Below, one piece after another: positions 1 through 10,732 of a stretch of 64,000 nt of DNA. Both the position numbers and the translations under genes were made by a program. The stretch covers positions 22,320,001-22,384,000 of the forward strand of contig OX597831.1 of the NCBI GenBank assembly GCA_951406725.2, in the 5' to 3' direction. Source of the stretch: Octopus vulgaris. Its lineage: Eukaryota. Position 1 is the stretch's first letter. Each line of letters opens with the position of its first letter. The notes beneath the pieces are model-generated. The model had not been told where the DNA came from. It made no database searches and saw only the letters and a program-made list of their open reading frames with translations.

Positions 1-129
1 ATTTATGTATGTATGTATATATCTATCTATATATATATATGTGTGTGTGTGTATATATCTATATATATATATGTGTGTGCATGTATATATCTATATATAT
101 ACGTATGTATATATATGTATATACATGTC

Positions 130-163
<34 letters not shown>

Positions 164-294
164 TATACATATATACATATATACGTATATATATACATAC
201 AAATATATATATATACACATATATATACATATATATATACATACGTATATATATAGATATATACATGCACACACACACATATATATATATACAT

Positions 295-335
<41 letters not shown>

Positions 336-366
336 GATAGATATATACATACATACATAAATATAC

Positions 367-417
<51 letters not shown>

Positions 418-660
418 TATTTTCTTTTGTCAAAAATTGTGAAGCATGACTGTCACCACTACTACATGCACCTGAAGATTGCAGAATTTAATGCAGGAAA
501 GTACTAGTTCAATCAGAATGAACATTTAACATTCTATTATTTTATTTTATTTTGTTTTATTATATTATATTATATTATCTTATATCATTATAAGATTATA
601 AATAAAACGTGAAAATCAGACAAGGTTGGAATTCCTTTTATCAATATATATATATATATA

Positions 661-861
661 TATAAACATCTTATAATTAAGGGCTAAAGAAGGTTATTCT
701 ATAGCCAATACACTGATTTATCCACTTATAATTTAAATTTTCTAAAGGTTAGTTGCCCGCTTTCAGTTCAATTTTCCTGTAACAAGTGGATTATAAGTGG
801 ATAAATCAGTGTATTGGCTATAGAATAACCTTCTTTAGCCCTTAATTATAAGATGTTTATA
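661..861. repeat. Perfect 72-bp inverted repeat (661-732 / 790-861) with 57-bp spacer, inside a (TA)n-bounded island
   Basis: TATAAACATC...CCACTTATAAT is the reverse complement of ATTATAAGTGG...GATGTTTATA. Confidence 0.92.
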
Positions 862-951
862 CTTCAACTGTAAAGGTTTTTTTAATATACTGCCACGCTT
901 TTTGATGGAATCCTTTTCTGTAGAGAAAGGGACTTCCTCCTATATTGTTAG

Positions 952-985
<34 letters not shown>

Positions 986-1603
986 GCACGTATGTATATA
1001 TATATATGTATGTATATATATATTTCTATGTATGTATATGTATCGCCCTCACCGATTGATTGGTACTTTATATTGGTACTTATATTCGATCGACAAAATG
1101 CAGGACGAAATGCAGAAACGCCATGGGGCAATTTAAACTCAGGAATTTACAAAATCCAAAAGAATTACCACCGCAAGACACTTTGTCCTTCGTTCTAACG
1201 TGTTTGTCAATATTAATTACCATTTCATTTGCATCCACCAGAAGAAGATCGATAGATTAGCGAAGGTCGATATAATCACATTTTAACCTTGAAGAAGGAG
1301 TCCCGAACCAAGCCTAACAGTTCAATGACAGAAACCCGACCTGTTTTGAAGTTCTATTTAGTTGAGAAAGGAAACTGGGAGAAAAAAACCCCAAAAAAAC
1401 GAAGGCGCTGAAACTGAAAAAATTCGTGAATCACGATATGTGTGTGTATCTTGAACTAAGTCACCTTTCTTTTGCTTTCCTTCGTTTCGTTAGTGTGCAT
1501 TATTCACGTGAATTAGGTTACCTCGCATGTTTCAGCGAAGTCATTGAATGTATGTCATCGTAATTATATTATAACACTCTGCGCATCTATGCATTTTATA
1601 TAA

Positions 1604-1641
<38 letters not shown>

Positions 1642-1689
1642 CCATACACATACACTCACGCACACATACACACATACATAGATACATAG

Positions 1690-1762
<73 letters not shown>

Positions 1763-1894
1763 CATACATATATATATGGATATGAAATAAGAAATTTCAT
1801 GCCCATATGAAATGGGTATCAAATACAAAATATGTATATATGTATACATGCAAAGCGTAATAAAGCAAAAAGTGGAGACCTTCAGACTATAAAT

Positions 1895-1951
<57 letters not shown>

Positions 1952-2054
1952 CACACACATACACGCAGAAACCTTATCATCAAATGCGGAATTTAGTGAA
2001 GTTTAAATTTTTCTTTTATGGTATTATATTGCGCATAGCAGTTTTTATCTATCC

Positions 2055-2122
<68 letters not shown>

Positions 2123-2123
2123 C

Positions 2124-2212
<89 letters not shown>

Positions 2213-2735
2213 TTATCTATACATTGTATATTCGGTGTCTGTTGCGTTCGATTCCTTGATAAATAAGAAAATGTATAAACAAACGATGTAAGATATATTG
2301 AATGTAAAAACGAACGGAAGACAGAGAGAAGGTCCGTAATTCTTCATTAGTTATTGACCAATCGGTAAAATTCAGTTTCGTACCTTGTCTATACATTTTT
2401 CATTCATATTTATATATGTGTGTGCGTGCGTGTGTATGTGTCGGTGTGTAATTCGGGTAAAAACCTCACAACATGCATTTAAGAGCTCTCATGTCATTAT
2501 TTGGCTACTACATGTTATCCAGCAGTAAGATTATTTCTAGGGCTGGACACATATGTGGAACTCTACATTTAAACACATCGCTACCAGAAAAAGAAAAATA
2601 ATCCAGGTAATTTTTATTGTTTCGGAAATGACACAGGTGCCATGGACATCAAGGTGGCATTATTGTCTTAAGGAAGTGCCACACTCACTGCACCTCCCCA
2701 GAGAAAGTAAATGAGATTCGCATACTCAGTGAAGG

Positions 2736-3078
2736 AATCAAAAGTAGAATGACCAAGTAGTCGCTGAGGAGAATAACTATGTAAAGATTTTCAGAGTTTT
2801 AACCCTACAGCTGTTACACGCAGACGTTGCAGCCAACAGTTACAGAGGGAGAGAGAAAGAGAAAAGGAAAGAGAGAGTTACAGAGAAAGAGAAGGAGAAA
2901 GACAAACAATCAAAAGTAGAATGACTAAGTAATCGCTGAGGAGAATAACTAAGTAAAGACTTTCAGGGTTTTAACCCTACAGCTGTTACACGCAGACGTT
3001 GCAGCCAACAGCTACAGAGGAAAAGAGAAAGATAAAAGGAAAGAGAGAGTTACAGAGAAAGAGAGGGAGACAGACAAA
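2736..3078. repeat. Tandem duplication, ~172-bp period, 2 copies
   Basis: AATCAAAAGTAGAATGAC...GCAGCCAACAG...ACAAACA starts at both 2736 and 2908. Confidence 0.85.
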
Positions 3079-3904
3079 CAGAGACCAAGAGGTACAAAGA
3101 GACTAAGGGAAATATGGAGAGAAAAGAAGAAAAGAAATAAAAGAGAGAAGTAGAGAATTAGAAAAAAGAAGGGGAGAGAAAGTGAGGGTTAGAGCAGAAG
3201 TGAAGGAAAAGAGGCAGGCAGAAAGAGACACAAAGAAGAAGGTGTGAGATAGAATAAGAGGGAGAGACGACAGCGACAGAGAGACTAAGAGAGAGATGGA
3301 AGAAAGATAGGAGTGAAGAGAAATAAGAGAAAGAAGCTGAGAGTTAGAGAAAGAAAGGGGAAGAGTGGAAGTGAAGGGAAAGAGGGAGGGGAGAATGAGT
3401 AAGAGAGAAGGGGAAGACACAAAGGCCCGGGAACACGTGTTGAAGGTGGTGCGCTTACACTCCTTAAAATTTTTTAGCGGGTGCAAAATCGAAATTTGTA
3501 CTCCCTGCATACTTTGCTAGGTTTCGAAAATAGTGTCTAAAAGTTGATCAGCAAAACGTTACTTGAAGTTTGAATTCTTCTCAAAACATGAACAAAGGAC
3601 AGAACCAAATGAAATAATGTCGAAAATGTTTACTGATGAAGCTGGTCCTAAAATTACTAAAGGAATTCTCTAGAAAGATATACGACTAAACTAACGCATC
3701 GTCAACATCAAAATTAAAAGTACATACAGACAACATGGCAGCAGCAACGACAACAATATGACCAGCAGTATGGCCATTCCTCAAAACTAACGCAATTGAT
3801 GACTTATTAAACTTCACAATGAAAAACTCTTCACTGTCCAGCAATTCTTCATTTTCTCTAAATACTACAACTGACCTATCATCATCATCATCATTGCCAT
3901 ATTT

Positions 3905-4068
3905 TTTATTTCTTTATTGCCCACAAGGGGCTAAACATAGAGGGGACAAACAAGGACAGACAAAGGGATTAAGTCAATTACATCGGCCCCAGTGCGCAAC
4001 TAGTACTTGTTCAATCGATCCCGAAAGGATGAAAGGCAAAGTCGACCTCGGCGGAATTTGAACTCAGA
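3905..4068 (-). mobile_element. SINE family C, 5'-truncated copy
   Basis: Shares CTGAGTTCAAATTCCGCCGAGGTCGACTTTGCC core and tail with 16190-16421. Confidence 0.75.
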
Positions 4069-5019
4069 GGGAAAGACAACAAAAATCACTACTACTGCCA
4101 CGCCTTTCTTCCCATTACTGTCCACCTCAATTTGATCATATACCTCACAGCTCCATGATAATTCTGCCAACTGTAAATATTACTATTTTCATTAAGTGGA
4201 TTTGTATTTAACAACTTATTATTATGTGAAGAGATGATTTGTGAAAAGCTTTTGGTGTTTGAAAACCATATCCTGATTCAGTGTAAATTAATAATTGAAT
4301 GAATTTCTTGGGAAATTGTTTTCTATAGCTCCACGAAACTGATAAGCGAACTTGGATTTGATCTGCTTACCATATGGAATTATCAAACTGTGTTTCTCTA
4401 GGACATACCTTGTTATTAGGGTAATTATCTTTTAAAGTCCTCTATGTACATTTATAACGAAAAAATGGGTCTTAAAGAACGGTTGTCTCCCTTACGATGC
4501 CGAATTACATTACTCGATTTAGTGTTGTTATTCGAACTAAAATTTATATTGTTAATATCGTTATGACTTAGAGGTATAATTAATGTCAGTAGGGTTGATA
4601 TAGGTAATTTATTTTCTTTATAGCCTGCTTTAAGTAAGGCAGCGTGATAAAATTCGGCTTTATCGTTGAAGATATCAACATTAGCAGATAATCTAAAAAG
4701 TTTAAGTGAAATATTCCGAACAAAACCCCTTGAATGATTACTGAAAAAGCTAATATATTTTAAATTAGTTGAGGATTTATGGCATGCGAAATATGAATCA
4801 TTATGTAAGTTAAGGGTAATATCCAAAAAGTTGGCTTTATTTATACCATCGTCAAAAACAATGCTTAAGCCCATGTTTCGGAAAAATTTAACCAACCTGT
4901 TTTTAACCCTTTGAAATTTTTGGTTAGAAGCATTTTGGATGTAAAGTAGACAATGATCACGATATAGACCTCCATTGATGTTTGTGAATTGGTCAGTCTT
5001 CTCACAAAGGATATATATA

Positions 5020-5285
5020 ATAAAAAAAGAAATAAATGCGCCCTTTTTAAAGCCTAGCCAGGCTCATGGGCCCGGTTTCCCGGTTTCTATGGCGTATGTG
5101 TCCCTCAGCTGGATGGGGCGCCAGTCCATTGCAGTGTTACTCATTTTTGCTAGCTGAGTGGACTAGAGCAACGTGAAATGAAGTGGTTTGCTCAAGAACA
5201 CAACGCGTCGCCCAGTCCAGGAATCGAAACCACGATCTTACGATCATGATGCTGACACCCTAACCACTAAGCCATGCGCCTCCAC
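5020..5285 (-). mobile_element. tRNA-derived SINE inserted in the PLE
   Basis: Head GTGGAGGCGCATGGCTTAGTGGTTAGG...GGTTTCGATTCC (A/B-box-like); flanking duplication of about ACAAAGGATATATATA. Confidence 0.8.
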
Positions 5286-5527
5286 AAAGGATATATATAC
5301 CGATCAAAACTGTCGGACGTATCTTTATGGACACACAGCTTGTTATCAAATTTAATAGATTTTCTGGCGGCTAACACGACATTAATTTCATCCCTGGTGA
5401 GACCTGCTCTGTTGTGTACGAGCCAGAGTGCCTTGTTGAGTACAAATTGGGTTGATAGAGGAACAAAAACTAGAAATGTCAAACTGGATAAACTTAGTGC
5501 ACTTCTTGTTATTAATAGAATTAAACC

Positions 5528-5917
5528 GTGGAGGCGCAATGGCCCAGTGGTTAGGGCAGCGGACTCGCGGTCAGAGGATCGCGGTTTCGATTCCCAGACC
5601 GGGCATTGTGAGTGTTTAATGAGCGAAGATACCTAAAGCTCCACGAAGCTCCGGCAGGGGGGGGGGGGTGAACCCTGCTGTACTCTTTCACCACAACTTT
5701 CTCTCGCTCTTTCTTCCTGTTTCTCTTGTACCTGTATTTCAAAGGGCCAGCCTTGTCACATTCTGTGTGTCACGCTGAATCTCCTCGAGAACTACGTTAA
5801 GGGTACACGTGTCTGTGGAGTGCTCAGCCACTTGCACGTTAATATCACGAGCAAGCTGTTCCGTTGATCGTATCAGCTGGGGCCCTCATCGTCGCAACCG
5901 TCGGAGTGCTCCTATAT
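5528..5917 (+). mobile_element. tRNA-derived SINE family B, full length
   Basis: A box TGGCCCAGTGG, B-box-like GGTTTCGATTCC; 13-bp TSD ATAGAATTAAACC at 5515-5527 and 5918-5930; near-identical copies at 39386 and 51178. Confidence 0.9.
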
Positions 5918-6497
5918 ATAGAATTAAACCAGTCGACCACTTGGAACGAATTAGACCATAAATTAAGCTTTAATTTATTAACTAAGGTAGGAATATATTT
6001 ATCTAGAATATTTTTGCTCAGAGCTAGAAGGACAAATGACTAAATTTAGTTCCTATTAGTGATTTATACCAGTCTATAAAATTCGACCTTTAACTGTCTT
6101 CTTACATTTCACTTCTACTAAATATATCTGCTTCCAAGCCTTTAATCTTAATTCCTATACACCTATCGCACTATATTTCTCCACTTTTAATTTCCTGCTG
6201 ATTTCTTTCTTTCCCCCTCCTTCTCTTTCTATAAATTGTCTTTACGTTATATCTATTAACTGCTTCTTTTTTTTTTAAATAACGCACTAGCGTCCCCTTC
6301 ATCAGACATACAGTAATCACATTCGGTTTTGTTTCTCTTTTTTTTTTCCTGATTAGAAGATTGCATTATTTTTCATCATTTTATTCCTTCAGGAATAATA
6401 CCAATATTTTCTTCCAAACATGTATCGGAAGTAAAAAGATTTGAATAACAGCTGCGTTTAACTCCATTTATATATACATACCTACATACACACACAC

Positions 6498-6549
<52 letters not shown>

Positions 6550-6659
6550 ATCATGTGACCGACCAGACCATTAGATGTTGTTTCATATCGCTGGTCACAA
6601 TGCGTTCGCATTGCTTTAGCCTTCGATTGACGCCACCCCGCTGGCTAAGCGAGCAGGCC

Positions 6660-6700
<41 letters not shown>

Positions 6701-6707
<7 letters not shown>

Positions 6708-6816
6708 TCAATATAGGGTGGCAAAAAAAAAAAAAAATTTTTGTAGAATTCTTTTGCCACCAGCGGCCTAGTAGGAAAAAATTAAATAGTCATAGACCAT
6801 TTTTAAGTTTAACATC
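6701..6816 (-). repeat. Fragment (first ~115 nt) of the 495-nt retrozyme unit
   Basis: Matches 8596-8706; abuts (TA)n on the left and the LINE fragment on the right. Confidence 0.9.
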
Positions 6817-8080
6817 TTTGCAAAGGCCTTTGATAAAGTCGATCATGGAATGATATGTCACAAACTGCGTGATCTCAACATAGTTGGAAAACTGGGAGAA
6901 TGGCTTCATGACTTTCTGAAAGATAGAAGTCAGGTGGTAGTGGCCAATGGGGCCACTTCCATTAACACGCAAATAGTGAGCGGTGTTCCGCAGGGCACTG
7001 TTCTGGGACCACTACTGTTCATAATGGCCCTCTCAGACATGCCCTCAGCCACGCAGAGAGCCACGATCACAAGTTATGCAGATGATACAAAAGTTTCACA
7101 GGCAATACAGAACCCTAAGGACACTAAACACCTGCAATGTGAGCTAGACAAAATATACAAGTGGGCCGAAAAGAATAGCATGCAGTTCAATGCTGAAAAG
7201 TTTCAAGCTCTATACTATCAGCATGCAAAACTAAATGCAATACCCAATGAATACACTGGACCCGGAGGAATAGCAATCCCAGAGGCACAATCAGTGCGTG
7301 ACCTAGGTATTTACATGAGTGATGACGCGACCTTTCGTGTACATGTTGCTAAATTGGCAATGAAATGTAGACGACTGGCCGGATGGATCCTCAGAACCTT
7401 TAGAACAAGAGAACAAGAAACCATGATGGTCCTCTGGAGGACACTTGTCCTAAGCCACTTTGACTACTGCTCTCAGTTATGGTCACCATCCAGTGTCAAG
7501 TTGATCACAGAGCTCGAGGCGATCCAACGTAGCTACACGAAGAAGATAGCCTCTATGCAGAATGTAAGCTACTGGGAAAGACTCAGGAAATTAAAATTAT
7601 ATTCCCTGGAGCGTAGGCGGGAAAGATATGCCATAATATACATCTGGAAGATCCTGGAGGGAAGTGTCCTGAACTTTGGCATCGAGAGTTACGCAAATGC
7701 CAGAACTGGGCGCCACTGCGTGGTGCCTAGGACTCCAAACTTGCCATCAAGATGTAGGACAAGATTCTGTGATAGCCTGGGCTTCCGAGGCCCACAGCTC
7801 TTCAATATCCTCCCGAAGAACCTGAGAGACCTGCATGGGGTGGATACAGATGTCTTTAAAATGAAGCTGGATCTCTTCCTGTCAGGTGTCCCAGATGAAC
7901 CAACTTCACGGCAGGAGGGGCAGATGAGGGCAGCTGCATCGAACTCTCTCATGCACCAAATAGCAGCTGCTAGAAAGCCTTCATGAAGTGAAACCAAGTA
8001 GCAACACCAAATGGCGGTGCCCCAGCATGGCCACAGCTCATAAGCTGAAACTGGAAAAATCAAAATCAAAATCAAAATCA
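6816..8080 (+). mobile_element. CR1/L2-group LINE 3' fragment (RT C-terminal part, ORF 6850-7986); inverted copy of ~10733-11996
   Basis: FAKAFDKVDH, SGVPQGTVLGPLLF, YADDTK and YSLERRRERY motifs; (AAAATC)n tail; begins abruptly mid-RT. Confidence 0.92.
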
Positions 8081-8159
8081 TATATGTATATGTATTTATG
8101 TGTGCATATGTGTGTGTGTGTTTATGTATACGTATGTATATACATATATAAATAAATAA

Positions 8160-8211
<52 letters not shown>

Positions 8212-8331
8212 ACAATCAAGGAACGGCCATAATAGGCCATTCACCCACTAGAAATAACAGCCAAAGCTTCAACCGCAAATAAAAGTTAATTCTGTAAACC
8301 AGGAGAAAATTTAAAAAACATTTACCCTGTA

Positions 8332-8438
8332 ATTTCTTATACGATATACCGTTTCATCTGCTGATTAATGGTAAACTAACCTGATTAAATTAAATCAAGC
8401 CAATCTTCCACAGGCCCTCAGATTCATCAGTAAGAAAT
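8332..8438 (-). ncRNA. Type I hammerhead ribozyme
   Basis: Reverse complement of the motif at 9399-9505. Confidence 0.9.
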
Positions 8439-8827
8439 AGCCCAAGTCGGAACAGATATTTTCACGAGGCATTTCCGACCTTGCCAAGTTTATATCTGAC
8501 CTAAAATTTTCAAATCGTCGCACTCGCGCCAAATTTATCGGCAGCAAATAAATATAAGCCGTCGATTCCATTACGGAATTAACCAGAAAATTCATAATTA
8601 ATCAATATAGGGTGGCAAAAAAAAAAAATTTTGTAGAATTCTTTTGCCACCAGCGGCCTAGTAGGAAAAAATTAAATAGTCATAGACCATTTTTAAGTTT
8701 AACATCAACAATCAAGGAACGGCCATAATAGGCCATTCACCCACTAGAAATAACAGCCAAAGCTTCAACCGCAAATAAAAGTTAATTCTGTAAACCAGGA
8801 GAAAATTTAAAAAACATTTACCCTGTA

Positions 8828-8934
8828 ATTTCTTATACGATATACCGTTTCATCTGCTGATTAATGGTAAACTAACCTGATTAAATTAAATCAAGCCAAT
8901 CTTCCACAGGCCCTCAGATTCATCAGTAAGAAAT
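8828..8934 (-). ncRNA. Type I hammerhead ribozyme
   Basis: Reverse complement of the motif at 9399-9505. Confidence 0.9.
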
Positions 8935-9398
8935 AGCCCAAGTCGGAACAGATATTTTCACGAGGCATTTCCGACCTTGCCAAGTTTATATCTGACCTAA
9001 AATTTTCAAATCGTCGCACTCGCGCCAAATTTATCGGCAGCAAATAAATATAAGCGGTTATTTGCGGTTGAAGCTTTGGCTGTTATTTCTAGTGGGTGAA
9101 TGGCCTATTATGGCCGTTCCTTGATTGTTGATGTTAAACTTAAAAATGGTCTATGACTATTTAATTTTTTCCTACTAGGCCGCTGGTGGCAAAAGAATTC
9201 TACAAAATTTTTTTTTTTTTGCCACCCTATATTGATTAATTATGAATTTTCTGGTTAATTCCGTAATGGAATCGACGGCTTATATTTATTTGCTGCCGAT
9301 AAATTTGGCGCGAGTGCGACGATTTGAAAATTTTAGGTCAGATATAAACTTGGCAAGGTCGGAAATGCCTCGTGAAAATATCTGTTCCGACTTGGGCT

Positions 9399-9505
9399 AT
9401 TTCTTACTGATGAATCTGAGGGCCTGTGGAAGATTGGCTTGATTTAATTTAATCAGGTTAGTTTACCATTAATCAGCAGATGAAACGGTATATCGTATAA
9501 GAAAT
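9399..9505 (+). ncRNA. Type I hammerhead ribozyme, predicted cleavage after GUA (9497)
   Basis: Stem I AUUUCUUA/UAAGAAAU; core CUGAUGA (9407-9413); stem II AUCUG/CAGAU with a long internal hairpin; GAAA (9482-9485); self-complementary stem III ACGGUAUAUCGU. Confidence 0.92.
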
Positions 9506-9893
9506 TACAGGGTAAATGTTTTTTAAATTTTCTCCTGGTTTACAGAATTAACTTTTATTTGCGGTTGAAGCTTTGGCTGTTATTTCTAGTGGGTGAATGG
9601 CCTATTATGGCCGTTCCTTGATTGTTGATGTTAAACTTAAAAATGGTCTATGACTATTTAATTTTTTCCTACTAGGCCGCTGGTGGCAAAAGAATTCTAC
9701 AAAATTTTTTTTTTTGCCACCCTATATTGATTAATTATGAATTTTCTGGTTAATTCCGTAATGGAATCGACGGCTTATATTTATTTGCTGCCGATAAATT
9801 TGGCGCGAGTGCGACGATTTGAAAATTTTAGGTCAGATATAAACTTGGCAAGGTCGGAAATGCCTCGTGAAAATATCTGTTCCGACTTGGGCT

Positions 9894-10000
9894 ATTTCTT
9901 ACTGATGAATCTGAGGGCCTGTGGAAGATTGGCTTGATTTAATTTAATCAGGTTAGTTTACCATTAATCAGCAGATGAAACGGTATATCGTATAAGAAAT
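9894..10000 (+). ncRNA. Type I hammerhead ribozyme, predicted cleavage after 9992
   Basis: Same motif as 9399-9505. Confidence 0.92.
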
Positions 10001-10385
10001 TACAGGGTAAATGTTTTTTAAATTTTCTCCTGGTTTACAGAATTAACTTTTATTTGCGGTTGAAGCTTTGGCTGTTATTTCTAGTGGGTGAATGGCCTAT
10101 TATGGCCGTTCCTTGATTGTTGATGTTAAACTTAAAAATGGTCTATGACTATTTAATTTTTTCCTACTAGGCCGCTGGTGGCAAAAGAATTCTACAAAAT
10201 TTTTTTTGCCACCCTATATTGATTAATTATGAATTTTCTGGTTAATTCCGTAATGGAATCGACGGCTTATATTTATTTGCTGCCGATAAATTTGGCGCGA
10301 GTGCGACGATTTGAAAATTTTAGGTCAGATATAAACTTGGCAAGGTCGGAAATGCCTCGTGAAAATATCTGTTCCGACTTGGGAT

Positions 10386-10492
10386 ATTTCTTACTGATGA
10401 ATCTGAGGGCCTGTGGAAGATTGGCTTGATTTAATTTAATCAGGTTAGTTTACCATTAATCAGCAGATGAAACGGTATATCGTATAAGAAAT
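10386..10492 (+). ncRNA. Type I hammerhead ribozyme, predicted cleavage after 10484
   Basis: Same motif as 9399-9505. Confidence 0.92.
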
Positions 10493-10612
10493 TACAGGGT
10501 AAATGTTTTTTAAATTTTCTCCTGGTTTACAGAATTAACTTTTATTTGCGGTTGAAGCTTTGGCTGTTATTTCTAGTGGGTGAATGGCCTATTATGGCCG
10601 TTCCTTGATTGT

Positions 10613-10652
<40 letters not shown>

Positions 10653-10732
10653 TTATTTATTTATATATGTATATACATACGTATACATAAACACACACAC
10701 ACATATGCACACATAAATTCATATACATATAT

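Larger units (their letters stand above)
4200..6150 (-). pseudogene. Degenerate Penelope-like element (PLE) reverse transcriptase, interrupted by two SINEs
   Basis: Minus-strand peptides NLWSNSFQVVDWFNS / KFIQFDISSFCSSI / NGGLYRDH (decayed YRDD) / NFLDITLNL..HK..LKYISFFSNH / PYGKQ..FP / IISSHNNKLL appear in PLE RT-thumb-linker order, with frameshifts and stops. Confidence 0.8.
8208..9055 (-). mobile_element. Retrozyme tandem array, left arm (one 496-nt unit 8208-8703 plus 352-nt partial unit)
   Basis: Direct tandem repetition; reverse complement of the units at 9133-10616; each copy holds a hammerhead. Confidence 0.88.
9058..10616 (+). mobile_element. Retrozyme tandem array, right arm (75-nt partial unit plus units 9133-9629, 9630-10124, 10125-10616)
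   Basis: Units of 497, 495 and 492 nt; the length differences come from one poly-T run (13, 11, 8); ends in (TA)n. Confidence 0.88.

Noticed and set aside
2764-2800. CTGAGGA in the 172-bp tandem duplication
   Set aside because: No GAAA or stem III follows the putative stem II, so it is not called a ribozyme.
5528-5605. tRNA gene call for SINE heads
   Set aside because: The tRNA-like heads continue into SINE bodies with TSDs and occur in multiple copies.
7689-8240. 183-aa antisense ORF (and its mirror at 10584-11123)
   Set aside because: Shadow frame running across retrozyme end, microsatellite and LINE antisense.
9242-9442. 66-aa ORF (MNFLVNSVMES...) present in each 495-nt unit
   Set aside because: It recurs only because the unit is repeated, has no recognisable motif, and overlaps hairpins and the ribozyme core. 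Translation is not excluded but is unsupported.
8208-10616. CRISPR array, rDNA or snRNA tandem interpretation of the repeat
   Set aside because: No repeat-spacer pattern, and no 5S, tRNA or snRNA motifs were recognised; the hammerhead explains the unit.
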